From contig JAGXFG010000009.1 of the NCBI GenBank assembly GCA_024637395.1, positions 1,157 to 65,156 of the forward strand: a stretch of DNA of 64,000 nt, written 5' to 3'. The notes under the pieces are model-generated. The model was not told where the DNA came from, did no database searches, and worked only from the letters and a program-made list of their open reading frames with translations. Shown here one piece after another: positions 1 through 6,247 of the stretch (the stretch's first letter is position 1; every line of letters starts with the position of its first letter). A program made the position numbers and the translations under genes. The DNA is from Burkholderiaceae bacterium. GTDB taxonomy: Bacteria; Pseudomonadota; Gammaproteobacteria; Burkholderiales; Burkholderiaceae_E.

Positions 1-69
1 CCAAGCTGAAGACGCCAACCCGACGCTTGCCGCTAGGACCGCCAATTTCACAAAGACTTTGATGCCCAT
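1..69 (-). CDS. 5' end of a secreted-protein gene running off the left edge (only the signal peptide is visible)
   Basis: The reverse strand reads GGAG-N8-ATG, then MGIKVFVKLAVLAASVGLASSAW..., a typical Sec signal peptide. It is absent from the ORF track because the window edge truncates it. A competing + strand open frame (2..208) has no convincing start or RBS. Confidence 0.35.
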   Translation of the reverse strand, partial: MGIKVFVKLAVLAASVGLASSAW

Positions 70-460
70 GACACTTACTCCATTTAGTCGTTCAATCCAG
101 TCGCCACAGTATAAGCATCAACTGTGCCAGGACAACCATACCATTGAAATCAAACAGATTTTTCCAGGCTGTCGTTGCGACCAGGAAGATTTTGGTCGCT
201 GCCCGTAAGAATCGTCGGCACTAGCATTAGTGAACTTTGGCACAAACTAACCGTGGATCGACCTCTTTTAATCCCGCCCGGCGCGAGCAGTTCCTGTCCG
301 CGCCTGCTGAACGTACCAGTTGCCGTTGTTGAGGCGCACCGATACGCCCCGCGATCGAAGCGGCGGCCCTAGGGCCGAAACGCCTCGATCGTGCCTGCCG
401 AGGAGTCGTCTTTGCACTAAGCATCGGGTAGGGGACCGGGTCACCCCGGTCGCCCTCCCA

Positions 461-494
461 CACCACCGTACGTGCGGTTCCGCATACGGCGGTT
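461..494 (-). ncRNA. Group II intron domain V (catalytic hairpin)
   Basis: The reverse strand reads AACCGCCGUAUGCGGAACCGCACGUACGGUGGUG. The lower helix CCGCCGUAU pairs with GUACGGUGG, including G-U pairs. The upper helix is GCG/CGC with a GAAC loop, and there is a 2-nt AC bulge on the 3' strand. The catalytic triad is CGC, as in class C introns. Confidence 0.8.
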
Positions 495-703
495 CATGAT
501 TGAATCTGCAAGCGCCGGTGAGTATTCACCAGCGACACCAGCCCCATGTGGTCGAAGAACGACTTCTGGAACGCGTGGTTCATGTGGCTGGCCCCGGCAT
601 TCCACCAGGCACCGCGCCCGTTGGTCGCCGAGCGCCACGCGCGCTCCTCGGCCAATCCTCGCTTCATCAGCAGTCTAGGCCGCGGCGCAAACCCGGCCGG
701 CAT
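494..703 (-). pseudogene. C-terminal remnant of the group II intron-encoded protein (maturase/RT tail)
   Basis: The track ORF 494..703 translates as ...RLLMKRGLAEERAWRSATNGRGAWWNAGASHMNHAFQKSFFDHMGLVSLVN.... This follows the pattern typical of bacterial intron-encoded-protein C-termini (RG-x-AW-x-A-x-GRG-W-x-S/A-x-AL/F-x-F-x-GL-x-SL). The stop TGA abuts domain V. No RT domains lie upstream. Confidence 0.65.
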
Positions 704-911
704 GGCATACGGCGGCGAACTGCAGATTCCGGTAATCCTGCGGGAGGCAGGTTACTCCAGTCGTCCTTCCACCACCACGCTTTGGCTGCGCATTCCTCGA
801 GAATCGCAGACGCGCAGAACACCCTTGCCGGTCCGCTAACGTTTCCCACTGCCCGGTCCGTAGTGGACTTCCGCTTCCCGGTGGGTGCTGCTCCCTGTCC
901 GGGGCGCACCC

Positions 912-938
912 AAAAAAAACGCCCCGCATCGCGGGGCG
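912..938 (-). terminator. Rho-independent terminator of the PEP-CTERM gene 959..1783
   Basis: The reverse strand reads GCGCCCCGC-GAT-GCGGGGCG followed by TTTTTTTT, beginning about 20 nt after the stop codon. Confidence 0.85.
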
Positions 939-958
939 CTTTCTATCGTGGATTCAGT

Positions 959-1783
959 TCAGCTGCCGAGGCGACGCCTACGAATCGCGGCCAAACCGAG
1001 CAACCCCAGTCCGACCAAAGCGACGGAGACTGGCTCGGGGACTTGTGTCGGAGGCAGACATTCGCCGAGATCGCCCTTCCTGTCTGAAACGCAGCTCAGG
1101 TACGACCATTCCTCGAAGCCATCGTTATTCGGGAAACCACCCGCACCAACGGGACCACCGTAGCGACTGAACAGTTGGAGATCCGTATCGAGTGCATAGC
1201 CGCTGAACAGAGCGACCGGGATCTTCAGGTACATGTCGACGCCGTTACCGCTGCCGGCCGCCAGGCTGAAATTCAGCTTGATGGAATTGCCGTCTGTAAG
1301 GCTCCAGAGTGGTGTCACACCATCCAGTTGACCAGTAGCAAAACCGGTCAGAGAGCCATCGCCCAAAAAGATGCTGATTTCGTCGACGGTGAGGAACCAC
1401 TCGGGATCGGTCTTTACTTGATTGATATCCAACCGAAAGATTGCGAACCCATCTTGTATCCCGAGCTGACCAATCGTGACCACCTGGTTATCGTTTGGTG
1501 CACTACCCACGTCATTGTCGGCGAGAATTGATCCCGTCGTGTTGTAGTGTTGATAAGTCGGGTCTTGACCGCCAGGCGAGCCCAGGAAAGAGGGGAAAAT
1601 ACCGGTACCGACCGTGCCGCTGTTGGTGTCTGTATTGCAGACGACGGCGCCATCATTGATGCTCGTACAGACCTGCGCTCCTCCCGACCCTAGGGTCGTC
1701 ATGTCGATCTCTGCGGCGCTGGCGCCGCCCGCGCCAAGCAATAAGCCCGTCGCGACTGCCAAGGTGGAAAGCGTTTTTGACAT
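959..1783 (-). CDS. PEP-CTERM sorting-domain secreted protein (exosortase substrate)
   Basis: The C-terminus is ...PTQVPEPVSVALVGLGLLGLAAIRRRRLGS, i.e. a PEP motif, a TM helix and an Arg cluster. The signal peptide is MSKTLSTLAVATGLLLGAGGASA. The start at 1783 was chosen because GGAG lies 6 nt upstream. The track ORF extends to 1825. Confidence 0.9.
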   Translation of the reverse strand: MSKTLSTLAVATGLLLGAGGASAAEIDMTTLGSGGAQVCTSINDGAVVCNTDTNSGTVGTGIFPSFLGSPGGQDPTYQHYNTTGSILADNDVGSAPNDNQVVTIGQLGIQDGFAIFRLDINQVKTDPEWFLTVDEISIFLGDGSLTGFATGQLDGVTPLWSLTDGNSIKLNFSLAAGSGNGVDMYLKIPVALFSGYALDTDLQLFSRYGGPVGAGGFPNNDGFEEWSYLSCVSDRKGDLGECLPPTQVPEPVSVALVGLGLLGLAAIRRRRLGS

Positions 1784-1836
1784 ATTCATCTCCGTCATCG
1801 TTGCCGACTGCGAATGCGCGGTCACGACTTAAGCTC

Positions 1837-1852
1837 AGCAAACTTCGGGCCA
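1837..1852 (-). promoter_or_regulatory. Sigma-54 (-24/-12) promoter for the PEP-CTERM gene
   Basis: The reverse strand reads CTGGCCCGAAGTTTGCT against the consensus YTGGCACGrNNNTTGCW. There is one mismatch and the GG-N10-GC spacing is exact. It lies about 55 nt upstream of the start codon. Confidence 0.6.
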
Positions 1853-2058
1853 GGAAACCTTTCCAGTTAGTAATCAACCACTTAACAGATTCCGTCGGCA
1901 GCGCACCAGGACATTCGTAAAATATTTCGACAGAGCTAATTTTCCAGAAAACGAGACTCCCGCATGAGTTGGACGCTGTTTCTGCGTAACGCTCGTCTTG
2001 ATTACTGCCCGCTACCGCTGATTTCCACCTGGACGTTCTTGAGCGCACCCACGCGCGC

Positions 2059-2088
2059 CATTGAAGAAACGGCGGCCCCAAGGCCGCC
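2059..2088 (-). terminator. Terminator-like hairpin with no assigned gene
   Basis: The reverse strand reads GGCGGCC-TTGG-GGCCGCC followed by GTTTCTTCAATGG. It lies in the long spacer between the N-acyl amino acid synthase gene and the PEP-CTERM gene. Confidence 0.4.
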
Positions 2089-2330
2089 GTCCCATTTGCC
2101 ACAGATTACCGCGTGCGGTTCAGACTTTACGTTGAGAATTCGCCATCTCTTAGTCAAGATCGCCAAGTCTTCCAACCGACCCAAGCTGTCGTTTCGGAGT
2201 GACTCTGGCCCCGCTCTGCCACCCGAGCGCGACGCAAACCAGTCTGCTAGGGCATAGGAGCAGCCCGCGGTAAAGCAAACCGACACTTCCGATCCGGGGT
2301 TGTCACTACGTTGACGGAGAATCCGAACTT

Positions 2331-2363
2331 CGACCCGAAAAGGAAACGGGGCCTAACGGCCCC
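2331..2363 (-). terminator. Terminator-like hairpin ending the N-acyl amino acid synthase / small-ORF transcription unit
   Basis: The reverse strand reads GGGGCC-GTTA-GGCCCC followed by GTTTCCTTTTCGGG. The stop codon of small ORF 2353..2460 sits in the loop. Confidence 0.5.
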
Positions 2364-2681
2364 GAACAGCAAGAGCGTTCCAGGCAAGCGCACTGGCGGG
2401 GGTCATCAGCCAATCGGCGTACGCACCCCCGTTGGTGTGGAATCCGCCAGCGGCGGTCATATTTGTACTGCGGCACACCGCCCCCCAAAGTTGATGTAAT
2501 CCATGCCGGCGGGCTGGTGGGGACAATTCCCGCCAGGGAAGCAGATCCAACGGGGACTCAAAGGCATGGTTTTGACGATGTTTTCGCGGCTCGAAGCCAT
2601 GCCATACCTGGATTTATGCGGTTGAATTTCCTATCCGTATCAACGGAATCGGAGAGAGGGTTTACAGGAATCCAGGGATAT

Positions 2682-3482
2682 TCATCCAAACATTTCGCGG
2701 CTATCTTTGTCCAGGTCCAATAGCCTGTGGGCAATACCCTCCTCCTCGCGTTGGGAGAAAAAATAAGGATACAAGGATTTTTCAGATGCAGGGTGGTCAC
2801 TTGACCCGCCGAATTTCTGGATCTGGTGTTCCGCATAACCAAGTTCAAGCCTTAGCAGAACCGACGGTGCGTTGACGCGCGGGTTGTTCTTTGTTTGCCC
2901 GTGCCGTTTGAAGCCCAGCATTCTTTCATAAAAACGTCGATGCCTCGGATTGACCTCGACGAACAGGTCAGTGTAATTCCGAATGTGCCAAGCGTAGATG
3001 AAAGCGACATGAAAGACCGAAGCGAGAACCAGTTTTGAATGGACGTCGGGGTCGAAGGCGAGCTTGGTGAATTCGCAAATCCTGCTGCCCCCGCTCCTGA
3101 AAATATCGATTTCGTCCTTATAGGTTTCGTCGGCCAGAATTCCTGCGGGGGAGTCGAAAGAGATGGAAATTGTTCCGATCGTCGAGTGGTTTTCCGCGGC
3201 TATCAGGGTTAGCAGGTTGGGGTTTTCCAGCGTTTGGCTGGATGTGGCGTAGCCCCTCCACGAATACATCCGGTCGACGAGCATGTTAGCGGAGTTGCGG
3301 CCTTCATCCGTGTCGGCAAGACGGATGTTGAAGGTCTTGCGGTCTACCGCAGTATTCAGGATCTCGGCGTATGCCTCTTCTCCCTCCGGGGAAGGGGGGT
3401 CCGGCTTGGTGGGGACATAATGAACCTCGGCAATGGTCTTCCCGGTTGTCGTTTTGTCCCAGTCATGGCGAATTTGTGGCAC
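2682..3482 (-). CDS. N-acyl amino acid synthase, PEP-CTERM/exosortase-associated acyltransferase family (GNAT/LuxI-like fold)
   Basis: 266 aa with ...ICEFTKLAFDPDV...VFHVAFIYAWH...LFVEVNPRHRRFYERMLGF..., the hallmark core of FeeM-type long-chain N-acyl amino acid synthases. The GTG start has GGGAG 4 nt upstream. The gene is flanked on both sides by PEP-CTERM genes. Confidence 0.8.
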   Translation of the reverse strand: MPQIRHDWDKTTTGKTIAEVHYVPTKPDPPSPEGEEAYAEILNTAVDRKTFNIRLADTDEGRNSANMLVDRMYSWRGYATSSQTLENPNLLTLIAAENHSTIGTISISFDSPAGILADETYKDEIDIFRSGGSRICEFTKLAFDPDVHSKLVLASVFHVAFIYAWHIRNYTDLFVEVNPRHRRFYERMLGFKRHGQTKNNPRVNAPSVLLRLELGYAEHQIQKFGGSSDHPASEKSLYPYFFSQREEEGIAHRLLDLDKDSREMFG

Positions 3483-3630
3483 TTTGCTCCCACTTGATGC
3501 AAAGCGATTCCTATCCTTGCCTGAACCAGGCTCGGCGCAAACAGGGCCACCACCTTTTGGCCCGTTGCGTCACATGTCCGCCGACCACAGCAACTTCAGC
3601 AAGGATCTTGCCTGCTTGATCTTGGGAACG

Positions 3631-3653
3631 GGCCCTTGGCAGAGCCAAGGGCC
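3631..3653 (-). terminator. Perfect 10-bp stem-loop after the PEP-CTERM gene 3682..4863 (no U-tract)
   Basis: GGCCCTTGGC-aga-GCCAAGGGCC lies about 30 nt downstream of the stop codon. The lack of a T-run makes an intrinsic-terminator function uncertain. Confidence 0.4.
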
Positions 3654-3681
3654 GGATCGGACTTACTTTACTGACAGGTTT

Positions 3682-4863
3682 CTACTTGGGTGAGCGGCGA
3701 CCCCGCGTCGACCAGCCCAGCCCCAGCAATCCGAGCCCCATCAGGGCAATGGTGACAGGCTCGGGAACCTGCCGAGAGGCGACCGCGCCGACGATCCCGA
3801 ACTCCTCGCCACCATTGGTGTTGCAGCCGAGCGATCCCTCACCGCCGATAGGACCGGGACCATCTGTAACGCAGCCGACATTGACGGTGAAGACGAACAG
3901 GTCCGAGGAGTCGAACAGATTCAAATCCATGCCCGGCGCAAAGGCCAGAAAGTCCGGCTTGCCAGACCCCTTGTTGTGGTTAAGGCCCGAGTATTCGTCC
4001 CCATTGGCAGTGACCCCGGCACAACCGGTGCCGGTCAATATGCTGTATGGGCCAGCGGCAGTACAGGCCTCGACGCTGCCGTAAAAGTTCACCGTTCCGT
4101 AGTTGAACGTGGGGTCGGCGATGTTCAACCCACTGCCGTCGGTGCGGTCCAGGTTCCACTGCCCCAACATGGTCGTCTGGGTCTCGTCCCAGATTTGGAT
4201 CATGGCGCTGACCCACAGGGAGTCATCATTGCCCGTCTGGTTGTAGTCCGCATAGAGCACCGGAATGCTCGCCAGCGGGTCGAGGGTCTGCAGATAGGTC
4301 AGGATCTCGCCGACCGTCGAGGTGCCGCCCTGTGCGCTAGCGGGATCGCTATATGACTGCAACGGTGGGGGCGGGGTGGCATATTCGGTATAAATCTGCG
4401 TATTGCCGCCCCATACGCCGGTCCAACCGGGAAGGGTGTCGCTACTGGCCGTATCGACCGGATCCTGGAGACTCACGCCGCTGCCGTTCGGGTTCACGTT
4501 GGTCGCACCACCCGCGTTAGAGGTGAGATTGACTGCGATGGTGCCCGTTCCGACCGAGAAATCGTAAACGCCGAAGGTGGTTACCGGCAGGAAGGTGGTT
4601 TGGGTCGTGTTGCTCTGAATGGCGTTGAGCAGAGGTGCAGAATAGGACCAGTAATCATCGTACTTCAGTGCGATCGGGATGCCGTTCATCATAATGGCAG
4701 CCCGCGTCTCGCCCAACGCATCCAGGTAGGTTCCGTAGGTGGCGTAGGCGTTATTCTCCGGCGTTGGCAATTGGAAGAGAGCTGTTGTTGCAGCTCCCGC
4801 CCCTGCGGAGGCTGCAATGCAGGAAGCTCCAAGCAGTGCAGACATCAACTTCTTCATCTTCAT
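3682..4863 (-). CDS. PEP-CTERM sorting-domain secreted protein (exosortase substrate)
   Basis: The C-terminus is ...SRQVPEPVTIALMGLGLLGLGWSTRGRRSPK. The signal peptide is MKMKKLMSALLGASCIAASAGAGAA. GGGGGA lies 6 nt upstream of the ATG. Confidence 0.9.
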   Translation of the reverse strand: MKMKKLMSALLGASCIAASAGAGAATTALFQLPTPENNAYATYGTYLDALGETRAAIMMNGIPIALKYDDYWSYSAPLLNAIQSNTTQTTFLPVTTFGVYDFSVGTGTIAVNLTSNAGGATNVNPNGSGVSLQDPVDTASSDTLPGWTGVWGGNTQIYTEYATPPPPLQSYSDPASAQGGTSTVGEILTYLQTLDPLASIPVLYADYNQTGNDDSLWVSAMIQIWDETQTTMLGQWNLDRTDGSGLNIADPTFNYGTVNFYGSVEACTAAGPYSILTGTGCAGVTANGDEYSGLNHNKGSGKPDFLAFAPGMDLNLFDSSDLFVFTVNVGCVTDGPGPIGGEGSLGCNTNGGEEFGIVGAVASRQVPEPVTIALMGLGLLGLGWSTRGRRSPK

Positions 4864-4997
4864 GATTTTCCCCCTGACTGAGACGGGCCATCAAATCGCT
4901 TCGACAATTCGAGTGCGCTCTGCAAAATCTACGCATCTATCTGGAAAGTCACGCTGAGCGCTAGAACTTGCAGACTTTGGCACCGCATCTATGGGTA

Positions 4998-5013
4998 AGC
5001 AATTTTCATACCG
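4998..5013 (-). promoter_or_regulatory. Candidate sigma-54 promoter for the PEP-CTERM gene 3682..4863
   Basis: The reverse strand reads CCGGTATGAAAATTGCT. The GG-N10-GC spacing is correct and the -12 element TTGCT is intact, but the -24 element is weak (3 mismatches). It lies about 135 nt upstream of the start. Confidence 0.3.
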
Positions 5014-5158
5014 GCCGCCAGCCAAGCAGGCACAGGCCTATGATAAATAGGGAATTATTTAAGAATACTCTGGTTCGGCCGACCTCTCGGCGGCACTTGT
5101 CGAGCGCCAATGTAAAATTATTCGACACCTGGCCCCGCCTGACTGACCCTTGAGTGCT

Positions 5159-6247
5159 TCATATCCAGGATTCGCCCACTATCAGATCATCCAGGGAAAG
5201 CCGCAGCGAGCGGGACTCGGGCGGTTTTCCGGAGCCGACCCGTCCCATGAACAGCACGCACGCAGGTAGCGTCTCCCCCAGCAAGTGCTGCAGCTGGCCG
5301 GACAGGCGCCGCGCCCGGTCGTGCATGGCGGGGGTCTGGGAAAAGGCAAGCCCCTCACGGATATAGCGACCAAAAATCAGCGGGGTCATCTCCGGCTGCA
5401 GTTGCAGGCCCAGACTTGTGGCAGTGAGCCAGAAACGCTGGACCGCCCGGCCTGCGGCCACGTAATCCTCTATGGTTTCAGGTGCTTGATTGGCCAGGAT
5501 GGCAAAGTGCGCGGCACAGAACAGGCCTGGCAGGAGATCCATTTCGATCCGCGGCACCATGTGCCCGGCAAGATAAGTGTTAAAGAAATCGACACGCTGC
5601 CAACTCGCCATGACCCAGCGCATCAATTTGAGGGTCATCTTATCCAACCCCAAGGCCTGATCGGGTACCTTGTCCTCGCTGTATCGGGTGTTCCACTCGA
5701 TGACGTCACGGTGAACGGGATAGGCTTCGGGCAGGGTAAGCCTGAGCTTGGCATTGTCGAACATCAGTTTGGCCAACTGCCAGCGTTGTGGCCCGCCCTC
5801 GAACCAGCGCACGGTGTAACATTTTCCGCCAGCGCCTTGCAAAGCCTGTTTCTGCGATGCGGTGAGGGGGATGGTACGCATCGGCCGACGCTGCACTGAA
5901 CGCTGCCGGATATGGGGCAGCAGGGGATCGGACGTCACGGCACTGTCCGGGATCAAGTCCACAAGATAGTCGGGGTGAGGATCCGGAGAACCGGGGCGTC
6001 GCCTGAATTCCGCCCGCAGGCCATGCGGGCTGGCGGCTATAGCCAAGGTTTCCAGCAGCGCGCCCAAGGAAGTTTGGCTAGGGTGGCCGTCGAGGTCATA
6101 GACGCAATGGTCGCGGGTATCGAAGGCGTGGACGATCAAATGGCGTTCGTCGATGATCTCAAAGCGCCAGGGCTGGGTGTTGTCGCCGGAGGGCGCCCAG
6201 CGGGCGAGTTCGAGAATATCGGCGATGGGCTGGGGAATCGGCTGCAT
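5159..6247 (-). CDS. Two-lobed nitroreductase-family protein (Acg/SagB-like architecture)
   Basis: The N-terminus ADILELARWAPSGDNTQPWRFEI is the classic nitroreductase motif. At 362 aa it is about twice the size of a single nitroreductase domain. Its start codon directly follows the ThiF stop (TAGATG). Confidence 0.85.
   Translation of the reverse strand: MQPIPQPIADILELARWAPSGDNTQPWRFEIIDERHLIVHAFDTRDHCVYDLDGHPSQTSLGALLETLAIAASPHGLRAEFRRRPGSPDPHPDYLVDLIPDSAVTSDPLLPHIRQRSVQRRPMRTIPLTASQKQALQGAGGKCYTVRWFEGGPQRWQLAKLMFDNAKLRLTLPEAYPVHRDVIEWNTRYSEDKVPDQALGLDKMTLKLMRWVMASWQRVDFFNTYLAGHMVPRIEMDLLPGLFCAAHFAILANQAPETIEDYVAAGRAVQRFWLTATSLGLQLQPEMTPLIFGRYIREGLAFSQTPAMHDRARRLSGQLQHLLGETLPACVLFMGRVGSGKPPESRSLRLSLDDLIVGESWI

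Larger units (their letters stand above)
423..909 (-). mobile_element. Group II intron, class C-like, internally deleted (no intact reverse-transcriptase ORF)
   Basis: The reverse strand starts GTGCGCCCCGG... (GUGYG 5' consensus) 2 nt after the T8 tract of the upstream terminator. It contains a canonical 34-nt domain V and a domain VI hairpin with a bulged A, and ends ...CCCGAT (AY). It also carries a C-terminal remnant of an intron-encoded protein. Total length is about 487 nt. The 3' boundary is inferred. Confidence 0.75.

Noticed and set aside
2-208. Open + strand frame at the left edge (...CQDNHTIEIKQIFPGCRCDQEDFGRCP-stop)
   Set aside because: It could be the 3' end of a gene starting left of the window. 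However, it overlaps the better-supported minus-strand start (GGAG-N8-ATG followed by a signal peptide) and shows no recognisable motif. It is kept only as an alternative.
1964-2286. 97-aa (+) and 94-aa (-) ORFs in the long spacer
   Set aside because: Neither has a usable RBS or a recognisable motif. The 94-aa ORF reads straight through the 2071-2088 hairpin. They are mutually antisense, so at most one could be real.
3498-3513. Sigma-54-like element TAGGAATCGCTTTGCA upstream of the N-acyl amino acid synthase gene
   Set aside because: The GG-to-GC spacing is one nucleotide short of the obligatory N10. The predicted leader would also be only 10-15 nt, ending inside the RBS.
4932-4992. 9-bp direct repeat CGCATCTAT (4932-4940 and 4984-4992) upstream of the second PEP-CTERM gene
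   Set aside because: An exact 9-mer recurring once within a spacer of about 300 bp is not clearly beyond chance by my rough estimate. It is noted only as a possible regulator site.
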